Shown: positions 6,419-14,961 of the stretch, one piece after another | Layout of the letters: each line of letters starts with the position of its first letter | How positions within the stretch are numbered: the first letter of the stretch is position 1 | Source: Thermosulfurimonas dismutans | GTDB taxonomy: Bacteria; Desulfobacterota; Thermodesulfobacteria; Thermodesulfobacteriales; Thermodesulfobacteriaceae | NCBI RefSeq assembly: GCF_001652585.1 | Contig: NZ_LWLG01000002.1 | Coordinates: 240,001 to 272,000 of the forward strand | Length of the DNA: 32,000 nucleotides | Reading direction: 5' to 3' | Translations under genes and position numbers: made by a program | Notes under the pieces: generated by a model | The model's database searches: none | Seen by the model: the letters and a program-made list of their open reading frames with translations, nothing else | Told to the model about the DNA's origin: nothing

Positions 6419-8488
6419 CTATTCTTCCTCAATCCGGCCGGGCTCCTTGGGAGTGTACTCCTCAAGGGGCTTCACCACAAAGAGCAACTGACCCTCAACT
6501 ACACTTTCGTTAACTTTCACACAGATTTCTTCTATCACACAGTCGAAGGGAGCATAGACCGGGGTCTCCATTTTCATGGCCTCAAGATTGGCAATCTCCT
6601 CGCCCTTGTGATAGATATCTCCAACCTTGAGTTCGCCCCGCTTGGGGTTCCCTAACCGCCAGACATTACCTTTGATGGGCGAGCCTACCTCGTTCGAGCC
6701 CTTGGCCATCCGGACCTCTTTCTTCTTGACCCTAGGAGTCTTGACCTCAAAGACCCGGGTCTTGTTGTTGACCTTCACCACCACGTGGATGACCCCATCA
6801 TGCTCCGCTCCAATGGAAACGAGCTCGATGGTATAGGGTTTACCCTGAAAATAAAATTCCACCTTGTCGCCGGGTTTCTTTAGGCCGTATCGAAAGACGG
6901 GAGAGGGGAGCACATAGGGAGCCTCTCCGTACTTCTCGAAAAACTCGAAGAATTCCAGGGCATCTTTGGGATGCATGAGATAGATGATGAATTCCTCTTC
7001 GGTAGGCTCACGACCGAGTTTATCCTGTAGTTCCCGAAAGGCACGATCCAAGTCCTCTTCCGGCACGGTCTCAAGGGGTGAGGCTTCGGTACGTTCCTTG
7101 ATCTTTTCTTCCCACTCTTCGCCAAAGGCACTCCGATAGACCCACTCATCCGGCCAGCCCGCAGGCAGTCGCCCATACTTTCCAAGAATAAGATTTTTGA
7201 AATCTCCGGGAGCGGACTTGAAGAGATCAAGGAGTTCGGCCTGCTCTTCCTCGTTCATAGCCGAAAAGTCGCAATTTTTCTCCTCTACAAACTTGGTAAG
7301 CAGATCCAAAATATGCTGCACTCCGGCCTCACCGTGTTCCTTGGCGTAGCGGTTTATAATACCGGAACAGGTAACCCAGGTGATCTGAGAGCCGGGAGTA
7401 ACGTCGAAGTACTTTACAATGCGGTTGTAAAGGGACATAAGCCTCAGGATATAGGGCATGAGATGTAAGAAACCGTTCTTTTCGGCCTGCTCGAACGAGC
7501 TGGGAAAGGCCCCACCGGGCATACGGTGTTTGACCACCATGTAGTCAAAGCCCTTAAAGGGCGACTCTGCCCAATCGTAATAGTTGATCCATTCTCTTAC
7601 CTTCTGGACGGCAAGCTCAGCCAATTGAGGATTGAGGTTGACCTTGAAACCGGCCTCGGTGAGATAGGCGTAAGCCGAAAGCATGGGCGGCTGACCGTAG
7701 AACCGACAGAGGGAGTCTTCCTCTACGTCAATGATCTTGACTCCGGCCTCTACCGCCGCCAGATACGCCGGAAGGGCCAGCCCATCTGTAGTGTGACGGT
7801 GATAATGGATCACCAGCTCCGGATACTTGTCCTTGATGGCCGAGACCAGGCTACGGATGCGCTCAGGGCTACCCACTCCGGCCATGTCTTTGATACAGAG
7901 GATAATCTCTTCGGTGCCTCCGCAGAGGGCCACAATCTCGTCCACCACCCGAAGGTAGTAATCGTTGTCGGCCCAGTCGGCATCCGTAAAGGAGATGGCG
8001 GGCTCAAAGAGTTTACCTCGCTTCATTACCACTTCGGCCACCGTACGCATGTTCCGAATGTCGTTCAGAAAGGAAAAGCACCGCCAGAGGTCTATATCCA
8101 CCCGCGAGACCACGTACTCGATCACGTTCCGGGGATAGGGTCGATAACCCCAGAGATTGGTCTCCCGGATAAGGGTCTGGAGCATGACGTTCGGCATGAG
8201 ACGCCGGTAGGTCCGCAATTCCTCGAAGGGACTCTCCCGACGATTCATGATTCCTACATGCCAGCGGGCCCCACCGTGGCATTCGGCACTAAAAAGCCCC
8301 ATTTCGTTATAAATGGGGCAGAGGGTCTTGAGATCGATCAAACGATGGCGATTCTTGTAATCCGACTGCCCAGCGTCCCTCAATGAGGTGGAAGTAAAAA
8401 ACACTCGATCGCTTTCCCTAAGTGTTTTTACGATTTCGGCAGGTGTCATTCCGGGAGTTATGCGAATAAGGTCCATGGTGACCTCCAT
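6419..8488 (-). CDS. Biotin-dependent carboxylase, carboxyltransferase + C-terminal biotinyl-carrier subunit (PycB / OadA / CfiA-like, divergent)
   Basis: TIM-barrel carboxyltransferase motifs LRDAGQS, ECHGGARW, CIKDMAG and HYHRHTTDG. C-terminal biotinylation motif EAMKMET. An alternative start at 8476 (MDLIRI...) has a GGAGG SD 6 nt upstream. Abuts the stop of the biotin carboxylase gene. Confidence 0.85.
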   Translation of the reverse strand: MEVTMDLIRITPGMTPAEIVKTLRESDRVFFTSTSLRDAGQSDYKNRHRLIDLKTLCPIYNEMGLFSAECHGGARWHVGIMNRRESPFEELRTYRRLMPNVMLQTLIRETNLWGYRPYPRNVIEYVVSRVDIDLWRCFSFLNDIRNMRTVAEVVMKRGKLFEPAISFTDADWADNDYYLRVVDEIVALCGGTEEIILCIKDMAGVGSPERIRSLVSAIKDKYPELVIHYHRHTTDGLALPAYLAAVEAGVKIIDVEEDSLCRFYGQPPMLSAYAYLTEAGFKVNLNPQLAELAVQKVREWINYYDWAESPFKGFDYMVVKHRMPGGAFPSSFEQAEKNGFLHLMPYILRLMSLYNRIVKYFDVTPGSQITWVTCSGIINRYAKEHGEAGVQHILDLLTKFVEEKNCDFSAMNEEEQAELLDLFKSAPGDFKNLILGKYGRLPAGWPDEWVYRSAFGEEWEEKIKERTEASPLETVPEEDLDRAFRELQDKLGREPTEEEFIIYLMHPKDALEFFEFFEKYGEAPYVLPSPVFRYGLKKPGDKVEFYFQGKPYTIELVSIGAEHDGVIHVVVKVNNKTRVFEVKTPRVKKKEVRMAKGSNEVGSPIKGNVWRLGNPKRGELKVGDIYHKGEEIANLEAMKMETPVYAPFDCVIEEICVKVNESVVEGQLLFVVKPLEEYTPKEPGRIEEE

Positions 8489-9946
8489 TTACATCCATTT
8501 TTGGGGCCCTAAGGCCGAAATCTCGGCTACATAACGAGCAATCTTGAGAACCTCCTCGTCGGGATCGGTCTCTTTGAAGGCCGAGATCAACTCTTCCATG
8601 TGTTCCTCGATAAAGCGAGTGGAGAACTCTCCGGCCCTGAACTGCGGATGCCGGATAATGCTTATGAGAAGAGGCGCAATAGTCTTGACCCCTTCCACCC
8701 GAAGTCCCCGCGATAGTGCCCGATCCATGACCCGGATGGCCTGATCCCGGTCGGCTCCGGCGCTCATGATGAGCATAAACATGGAGTCGTAGTAAGGAGG
8801 AATCTCGGCCCCCTCGTAAACTCCACTTGAAATTCTGATATTGGGTCCGTCCGGAATTTGGAGTCGAGTAATGGTTCCAAAAGAAGGCGCGAAGGTTCGA
8901 GGATCCTCGGCCGTAAGACGGCACTCAATGGCCCAGCGGTTGCTCCGAATTTCGTGCTGTTTGAGAGGCAGTGGCCTTTCTTCCGCGATCTGGATCATGA
9001 GGTCCACGATGTCAAGGCCGGTGGCCAGCTCCGTGACCCCGTGTTCCACCTGTAGCCGGGTATTGACCTCGAGAAAATAGAATTTTCGCGTAGAGGCATC
9101 GAGTAGGAACTCCACTGTACCCGCAGAATCGTAACCTATCTCCCGCATAAGCCTTATAGCCGTGAAACAGATCTCCTGGCGCAGGTCTTCGTCGAGGGAC
9201 GGCGCCGGAGTCTCCTCTATGATCTTCTGGTTGCGCCGCTGGATGGTGCACTCCCGTTCGAAAAGATGAACCACGTGTCCATGCTTGTCGCCCACGATCT
9301 GGACTTCTACGTGGCGGCCTCTTTCGATATATTGCTCTGCAATGAGGCTCGAATCTCCGAAGGCCTTGTAGGCCTCGGATTGGGCTTGGGCAAACTTTGA
9401 GGCCAGCTCGTCCTCGTTTTCCACCTTAGTCATTCCTTTCCCGCCTCCCCCGAGAGCGGCCTTGAGCATGATCGGAAAATCCACCTTCTCTCGGCGCATC
9501 CATTCCAGGACCTCTTCCGGACTCTGCGGATCCTCAATACCAGGAATGGTGGGCACGTTGGCCCGCTTGGCAATCTCCTTGGCCGCTTTTTTGTCGCCCA
9601 TGAGAGCAATGATCTCGGGGTTGGGCCCGATCCAAGTTAGCCCGGCGTCGATCACCTTGCGGGCGAACTCGGCGTTTTCGGCCAAGAACCCCCAACCCGG
9701 ATGGACGGCATCCGCCCCCGTGGCAAGAGCGGCCTCAATGATGCGATCCATGTTGAGATAAGATTTGAGCGGAGGACCCTCGCCGATATGTACGGCCTCA
9801 TCGGCCATGAACACGTGCAGACTCAAACGGTCCGGGGTGCTGTAGACCGCCACCGTAGGGATCTTTAGATCCCGGCAGGTCTGCATGATACGCACCGCCG
9901 GCACACCACGGTTGGCTACCAAAATTTTGTTGATCTTCCCAGCCAT
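8489..9946 (-). CDS. Biotin carboxylase subunit (AccC / PycA / CfiB-like)
   Basis: ATP-grasp biotin carboxylase along its full length: KILVANRGVPAVRI, HPGWGFLAENAEFA, GGGGKGM, ERECTIQRRNQKIIEETPAP, EVNTRLQVEH. GGGAG SD upstream. Confidence 0.92.
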   Translation of the reverse strand: MAGKINKILVANRGVPAVRIMQTCRDLKIPTVAVYSTPDRLSLHVFMADEAVHIGEGPPLKSYLNMDRIIEAALATGADAVHPGWGFLAENAEFARKVIDAGLTWIGPNPEIIALMGDKKAAKEIAKRANVPTIPGIEDPQSPEEVLEWMRREKVDFPIMLKAALGGGGKGMTKVENEDELASKFAQAQSEAYKAFGDSSLIAEQYIERGRHVEVQIVGDKHGHVVHLFERECTIQRRNQKIIEETPAPSLDEDLRQEICFTAIRLMREIGYDSAGTVEFLLDASTRKFYFLEVNTRLQVEHGVTELATGLDIVDLMIQIAEERPLPLKQHEIRSNRWAIECRLTAEDPRTFAPSFGTITRLQIPDGPNIRISSGVYEGAEIPPYYDSMFMLIMSAGADRDQAIRVMDRALSRGLRVEGVKTIAPLLISIIRHPQFRAGEFSTRFIEEHMEELISAFKETDPDEEVLKIARYVAEISALGPQKWM

Positions 9947-10045
9947 GGGATACTCCCGAGAGAAATTTTGGCTTCAATACCATAATTTTTGAGGGTCTTC
10001 AACTTCTGAAAAGGAAGACTTATCATTTAGAGACTGGAGGAAACT

Positions 10046-10711
10046 ATGGATCACGCTTTGATAGGTTTTATTTTGCAGGTTTTTCTTTCTTTCATGGCCA
10101 TCATGAACCCCGTGGGCAATACCCCTATCTTCCTCTCCTTAGTCAATCATCTCCCGGAGGCGGAACGTCTTCGGGTGGCCCGGATAGCTGTCCTTTCGGC
10201 TTTTGTTATAGTGGTAGCTTTTACTTTGGGCGGCAATCTCCTTTTCCGCATGTTTGGCATCACCCTCCCGGCCTTCCGCATTGCAGGCGGAATCCTACTT
10301 TTTATGATCGCCTATCACCTGGTACGAGCCAAACGCTCTCACCAGCACCACCCTACCGAGGAGGAACATCCTCGGTTCTCGAATACTTATGAGGAAGAAG
10401 AACTGGAGGACGTGGCCATTACCCCTCTAGGGACCCCTATCCTTGCCGGACCAGGGACTATCACCACTGCTCTGTCGCTTGTAGGACGAAAGAGCGACAT
10501 CTTTACCATCTTTATCGTGCTTGCAGTCTTTGGTTTGGTGTGTCTGCTCACCTATCTCTGCTTCGTTTATGGAGAAGCCCTGGTGAAGCGTTTACGTCCT
10601 TCTCTTATAGGCGTCATGACCCGTCTCATGGGGCTGATCCTTTCGGTAGTAGCCGTCCAAATGGTCATCGAGGGCCTCACAGAGGTGATCTCTCAGCTAG
10701 CGGCACGGTAA
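10046..10711 (+). CDS. marC: MarC family (UPF0056) integral membrane protein
   Basis: N-terminal MAIMNPVGNTPIFLSL motif, multiple hydrophobic segments, and GGAGG SD. Confidence 0.85.
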   Translation: MDHALIGFILQVFLSFMAIMNPVGNTPIFLSLVNHLPEAERLRVARIAVLSAFVIVVAFTLGGNLLFRMFGITLPAFRIAGGILLFMIAYHLVRAKRSHQHHPTEEEHPRFSNTYEEEELEDVAITPLGTPILAGPGTITTALSLVGRKSDIFTIFIVLAVFGLVCLLTYLCFVYGEALVKRLRPSLIGVMTRLMGLILSVVAVQMVIEGLTEVISQLAAR

Positions 10712-10730
10712 GTCAACTGTCGTCCACGAA

Positions 10731-10760
10731 TTGACGAAACACCCTAAAATTCGCTATCAT
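10731..10760 (+). promoter_or_regulatory. Sigma-70-type promoter candidate for the CoA-ligase gene
   Basis: TTGACG (10731-10736), an 18-nt spacer, then TATCAT (10755-10760). It lies about 30 nt upstream of the ATG at 10793, which has an AAGGAGG SD. Confidence 0.45.
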
Positions 10761-10792
10761 GGCCCGAGCAATTAGGGCAAAGGAGGGGCTAA

Positions 10793-12700
10793 ATGGGGAA
10801 CTCTCACGGCTACGAGACCAAGATCGAACACCTCTTCAAAACCGGCCTAAAATATTTTCCGCCTAACCGTGTCCTTGAGGAGGCCTTCTTAAAAGACTAC
10901 GAATCCGTATATGCCTATTCCATCCGTGACCCGGAAGGCTTCTGGGGCCAGATCGCAAACGAGCTCGTCTGGGTGGAGCCCTGGCAGAAAGTCCGCGAGA
11001 TCGACCTCCCCTATCACCGTTGGTTCATAGGCGGTAAAACGAACATCACCATCAACGCCCTTGATCGACACGCCGACTCCTGGCGCCGCAACAAAGTGGC
11101 CGTGATCTGGCTTTCCGAGGAAGGCGAGGAGCAGGTCGGCACCTATGGCCAGCTCCGCGACCGGGTCAACCAGTTCGCAAACGGCCTTAAATCGCTGGGT
11201 GTAAAACGAGGGGATCGGGTGGTGATCTACATGCCGCTTACCATCGAGGGCATGATAGCTATGCTGGCCTGCGCCCGGATCGGGGCCATCCATTCCGTGG
11301 TTTATGCCGGTATGGGGGCCGGGGCGCTTCGCTCTCGCGTCGAGGACTGTCAGGCCAAGGTGGTCATTTGCTCGGACGTAACCTATCGCCGCGGAAAGGT
11401 GGTGCGCCTCAAGGCCGTAGTGGATGAGGCCCTTGATGGGCTCGATTTCGTAGAAAAAGTCATTGTCCACCGAAGGACACACCCTCCTATCGAACTTGAA
11501 GAATGGGAAGTAGACTTCTGGGAACTTCTGCGGGCCCATTCCCACCGCTGTCCTCCAGAAATCATGGATGCCGAGGATCCGCTCTTCATTCTCTATACCT
11601 CAGGAACCACCGGTAAACCCAAGGGAGTAGTGCATGTCCATGGAGGATACATGGTAGGTACCTACTACCTCACGAAGGCCTTCTTTGATATTAAAGACAA
11701 GGACGTTTATTGGTCCACTTCAGACATCGGCTGGATCGTGGGCCACTCCTTCATCGTGTATGGTCCTCTCTGCGCCGGGGCCACGGTGCTCATCCGCGAG
11801 GGCGCACCGGATTATCCGCATCCTGGCGTGGTCTGGGAAATGGTTCAGAAATACGGGGTTTCGGTGATGTTCACCGCCCCTACGGCCTTGAGGATGTTCA
11901 TGCGCTTCGGAGAAGAACACATCAAGAAGTATGACCGCTCCACTCTCCGGATTCTTGCCTGTGCCGGAGAGCCCTTGAATCCCGAGGCCTGGAACTTCGC
12001 CCAAGAGGTTATTCTTGAGAACCAGGGCTACTGCATCGACAACTTCTGGCAGACCGAAGTGGCCGGGCCGGTGCTCGGCACCATACCTACTATCCCCTAC
12101 AAACCAGGCTTTGCGGGAAAGCCTCTTCCCGGAGTGGTGGTAGATGTAGTGGATGCCAACGGCAAGCCCCTTCCTGCCGAGCAGGGAGGCTACCTCGTCC
12201 TCCGGCAGCCGCTGCCCTACATGATGCGCACGGTCTATAACAATCCCGAGCGTTATGAGCAGTATTGGAACGAGATTCCCGGCTGCTACAAGACCGGTGA
12301 CATCGCAGTCTGCGACGAAGAGGGCTATTTTGCGGTCCTCGGCCGGGCAGACGATGTGCTTAACGTGGCCGGACACCGAATCGGAACTGCAGACCTAGAA
12401 AGCGCCCTAGTCAGTCATCCTGCAGTAGCTGAGGCCGCAGCCATCGGACTTCCAGATGAGATCAAAGGCGAACGCATAAAGGTCTTTGTAGTCCTTAGAG
12501 CCGGAAAAGAACCCACCGATGGCCTACGCAAAAGTATCATCCAGCACGTCCGCAAGGAACTCGGGCCTATTGCTACCCCTTCGGAGGTGGCCTTCGTGGA
12601 AAAGCTCCCCAAGACTAGAAGCGGAAAGATCATGCGCCGGCTGCTCCGGGCACGAGAACTCGGCCTCCCTGAGGGTGACACCTCCACGCTTGAGGATTAA
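10793..12700 (+). CDS. acs: AMP-forming acetyl-/acyl-CoA synthetase (Acs/PrpE family)
   Basis: YESVYAYSIRDPEGFWGQIA, NALDRH, YTSGTTGKPKGV, and TRSGKIMRRLLR with the regulatory Lys context. Length is typical of Acs. VYAGMGAGAL deviates from the canonical Acs VFGGFS, so substrate (acetate versus propionate or other short acyl) is open. Confidence 0.85.
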   Translation: MGNSHGYETKIEHLFKTGLKYFPPNRVLEEAFLKDYESVYAYSIRDPEGFWGQIANELVWVEPWQKVREIDLPYHRWFIGGKTNITINALDRHADSWRRNKVAVIWLSEEGEEQVGTYGQLRDRVNQFANGLKSLGVKRGDRVVIYMPLTIEGMIAMLACARIGAIHSVVYAGMGAGALRSRVEDCQAKVVICSDVTYRRGKVVRLKAVVDEALDGLDFVEKVIVHRRTHPPIELEEWEVDFWELLRAHSHRCPPEIMDAEDPLFILYTSGTTGKPKGVVHVHGGYMVGTYYLTKAFFDIKDKDVYWSTSDIGWIVGHSFIVYGPLCAGATVLIREGAPDYPHPGVVWEMVQKYGVSVMFTAPTALRMFMRFGEEHIKKYDRSTLRILACAGEPLNPEAWNFAQEVILENQGYCIDNFWQTEVAGPVLGTIPTIPYKPGFAGKPLPGVVVDVVDANGKPLPAEQGGYLVLRQPLPYMMRTVYNNPERYEQYWNEIPGCYKTGDIAVCDEEGYFAVLGRADDVLNVAGHRIGTADLESALVSHPAVAEAAAIGLPDEIKGERIKVFVVLRAGKEPTDGLRKSIIQHVRKELGPIATPSEVAFVEKLPKTRSGKIMRRLLRARELGLPEGDTSTLED

Positions 12701-12723
12701 ATTCTAGTTTAGGAGGTGAAAAA

Positions 12724-12990
12724 ATGGCTGAAAAAAAAGTGCTTTTCAAAAGTGAGGAACCCAAGGACAGGGCTTCCGTGGTGGCCTTTTTGCGGGATCT
12801 CGTTAACCGTTTGGAACAAGGGAAATTTACCTTCAAGCGAGGCGCAGAAGAAGTTTCCATCGAAATTCCCGAACAGGTAGTCTTAGAAATCAAGGTAGAA
12901 GAGAAGACCAAACCCGGGAAAAACAAGCGCAGCCTGGAGATCGAAATCGAATGGAATGAAGGCGAAAAAGCCGAACTCACTTTGGAATAG
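12724..12990 (+). CDS. Amphi-Trp domain-containing small protein
   Basis: LFKSEE...(acidic/basic alternating strands)...SLEIEIEW pattern, as I recall for the amphi-Trp family. Strong SD (AGGAGGTG). Confidence 0.75.
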   Translation: MAEKKVLFKSEEPKDRASVVAFLRDLVNRLEQGKFTFKRGAEEVSIEIPEQVVLEIKVEEKTKPGKNKRSLEIEIEWNEGEKAELTLE

Positions 12991-14200
12991 ATTTGCGGAT
13001 CTTTTTAACGATAGCGGAGGTGGAGACCTGATAGCGAAAGGGGAGGCGCACCACGCGGCCTCCCCGGCTTTTCACAAAAGCTGCTCCCACGATCTTATCC
13101 TCCGGCCAGTCCGCGCCCTTGACTAGAATGTCGGGAACCAGGGCCTCGATAAGGGCCTTTGGGGTATCCTCCTCAAAGATCACCACATAATCCACGCAGG
13201 CCAGCGAAGCTAGCACCAGGGCCCTTTGCTCCTGGGGATTAATGGGTCTTTCCGGCCCTTTAAGCCTTCTTAAGGATTCATCCGAATTAAGGCCCACCAC
13301 CAGAAAATCACCCAGCTTCCGGGCCTCGTAGAGATAACTTACGTGACCGGCGTGCAGAAGATCAAAACAGCCGTTGGTAAAGACCATCCGGTGCCCCAGG
13401 CTCCTTCTTCGCGAAACCTCAGGAAGCAATTCCGAAAGGGAAAGCACCTTCCTTTCCGGAGGCTCCGGAGCTATTCCGGTGGAAGTATTAAAGAGATTCC
13501 TCGCAAGGGAAAGATCCTTTTTTTCAATCTCTACCGTTAGGAGGCCTTCCTCATCCCGTACCTCACCCAGGATCTCGCCCGTGGGAGAGAGGGCCAGAGA
13601 GCCTCCGCCCAGTTTTACCCCGGCGATGGTTCCGGCGGCGTTGGTGGCCAGCACATAGATTTGATTCTCCACCGCCCGGGCCGAAAGAAGAGTTCGGTAA
13701 TGGGAAAGTCTTTCTTCGGGCCACTGTGAGACAACGATCAGTACCTCTGCTCCATGGGCTATCAGTCTCCGGGAAATCTCCGGGAATCTCAGTTCGTAAC
13801 AGATAATCGTCCCGAAAGAGAAATCCTTTAGCTCAAAGACCCTGCGGCCTTCTCCATCACTAAAACCGGTCTCTGGATCAAGGCCCGGAAAAAGCTTCTC
13901 CTTTTCGGCCACCACCTCAAGGCTCCCGGGCCGGATGAGGTAGGCTCCGTTAAAAACCTTTCCCTTTTTGAGGATCGGATGTCCAAGGATAAGGCTCTTC
14001 CCGGTCCTTTGTGAGAAACTAGCTACTTCGGAGAGGACCCTTTCGGAGGTCTCAGAGTCTGGAATGGCATAACCGGTCAGACTCAATTCAGGAGCAATCA
14101 AAAGCTCTCCCTCGGCGGCCTCAGCCAGTGCCAAAAATCTCTTGAGGTTGCCTTCCAAATCTCCGGCCTCTATCCGGTATTGAAGAAGGGAGATCTTCAT
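12977..14200 (-). CDS. Fusion protein: N-terminal carbon-nitrogen hydrolase (nitrilase superfamily) + C-terminal RfaE-domain-II-like cytidylyl/adenylyltransferase
   Basis: ORF track gives 12977..14275. The internal ATG at 14200 is preceded by AGGAGGAGCC and avoids the Gly/Arg-rich overlap with comF. N-terminal domain has the E-K-C triad context ([28 protein letters not shown]). C-terminal domain has [45 protein letters not shown] and STSAIVKKI. Confidence 0.85.
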   Translation of the reverse strand: MKISLLQYRIEAGDLEGNLKRFLALAEAAEGELLIAPELSLTGYAIPDSETSERVLSEVASFSQRTGKSLILGHPILKKGKVFNGAYLIRPGSLEVVAEKEKLFPGLDPETGFSDGEGRRVFELKDFSFGTIICYELRFPEISRRLIAHGAEVLIVVSQWPEERLSHYRTLLSARAVENQIYVLATNAAGTIAGVKLGGGSLALSPTGEILGEVRDEEGLLTVEIEKKDLSLARNLFNTSTGIAPEPPERKVLSLSELLPEVSRRRSLGHRMVFTNGCFDLLHAGHVSYLYEARKLGDFLVVGLNSDESLRRLKGPERPINPQEQRALVLASLACVDYVVIFEEDTPKALIEALVPDILVKGADWPEDKIVGAAFVKSRGGRVVRLPFRYQVSTSAIVKKIRKSIPK

Positions 14201-14208
14201 GGCTCCTC

Positions 14209-14961
14209 CTACGCCCTGGCGATCACCGCCACCGAAACCTCCGCGGCCCCGGCGCGGAGCAACACCCGGGCACATTCCTCAACCGTGGCCCCGGTAGTCA
14301 TGACGTCGTCCACCAGCATGACCCGTTTTCCGGAGAGATCAACCCCAGACTTCACCTCAAAGGCCCCTCTTACATTCCTTCGCCTCTCCTTTTCCGGAAG
14401 CTCGGTTTGGGGAGGGGTTTCTTGGGTCCGAAGAAGGGCCTCCAAAGGCCGTTTTCCAAACATGAAACGGGCCAGCAGTGCGCTCTGATTATAGCCCCGG
14501 GCCTGAAAGCGCTTTCTCCCTAGGGGCACTGGGACCACCAGATCCATCTCTGGAAGCGGACCCGCAAACCGCCGAAAGAGCCGCGCCAGCCCCCGAGCCA
14601 ATTCGAACCTCTCACCGAATTTGAGGGCCCTGATCCAGTCCGAGACCGGGGGCTCGTACCGGAAGGGCGCTACCACCCGCTTGAAGGGACGTTCCACAAG
14701 ACAAGCCCCACAGGGATGAGACGGCGAATCCCCTGAATATGTCCGAGCACACACTGGACAGGCCGGGCTGTTCCGCGGGAGCCGGGATTCACATCCCTCA
14801 CAGAGAAGATCCCGGTAGAAAGGAAGAAGTTCGCCACAAAGAGAGCAGTAAGCCGGAAAGAGGAATTTGAGGATCCGCTCAGGAAATTTCGGAAAACGCA
14901 CCCTCGCCGACCTTGAGGATGGCGGTAAGAAGGAGACGGGCGCAGAGGACCATATCCTCAA
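14209..14961 (-). CDS. comF: ComF family protein (phosphoribosyltransferase-like, ComFC type)
   Basis: N-terminal Cys pairs ([22 protein letters not shown]) and PRTase motif [16 protein letters not shown]. Start is uncertain. The ATG at 14961 overlaps the upstream peptidase gene by 83 nt; a GTG at 14901 would overlap by 23 nt. Confidence 0.8.
   Translation of the reverse strand: MRIWSSAPVSFLPPSSRSARVRFPKFPERILKFLFPAYCSLCGELLPFYRDLLCEGCESRLPRNSPACPVCARTYSGDSPSHPCGACLVERPFKRVVAPFRYEPPVSDWIRALKFGERFELARGLARLFRRFAGPLPEMDLVVPVPLGRKRFQARGYNQSALLARFMFGKRPLEALLRTQETPPQTELPEKERRRNVRGAFEVKSGVDLSGKRVMLVDDVMTTGATVEECARVLLRAGAAEVSVAVIARA

Noticed and set aside
7526-8386. 286-aa plus-strand ORF inside the carboxyltransferase gene
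   Set aside because: It is entirely antisense to a gene with strong family motifs. Its composition is Gly/Pro/Arg/His-rich, with no recognisable motif and no SD. This is a typical shadow ORF of a coding region.
9994-10020. Short inverted repeat GTCTTC-N13-GAAGAC between the biotin carboxylase gene and marC
   Set aside because: The stem is only 6 bp with a large loop. It does not resemble a BirA operator or any other operator I know, and is too weak to call.
10889-12376. Two 218-aa minus-strand ORFs (10889..11545 and 11720..12376) antisense to the CoA-ligase gene
   Set aside because: Both lie wholly within a confidently identified 635-aa Acs-family gene. They have no motifs or ribosome-binding sites and are judged to be shadow ORFs.
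14201-14275. 25-codon N-terminal extension of the CN-hydrolase fusion ORF ([25 protein letters not shown])
   Set aside because: The extension is Gly/Arg-rich, non-protein-like sequence that overlaps the 3' end of comF. The internal ATG at 14200 has a perfect AGGAGG SD and gives the normal CN-hydrolase N-terminus (MKISLLQ...).
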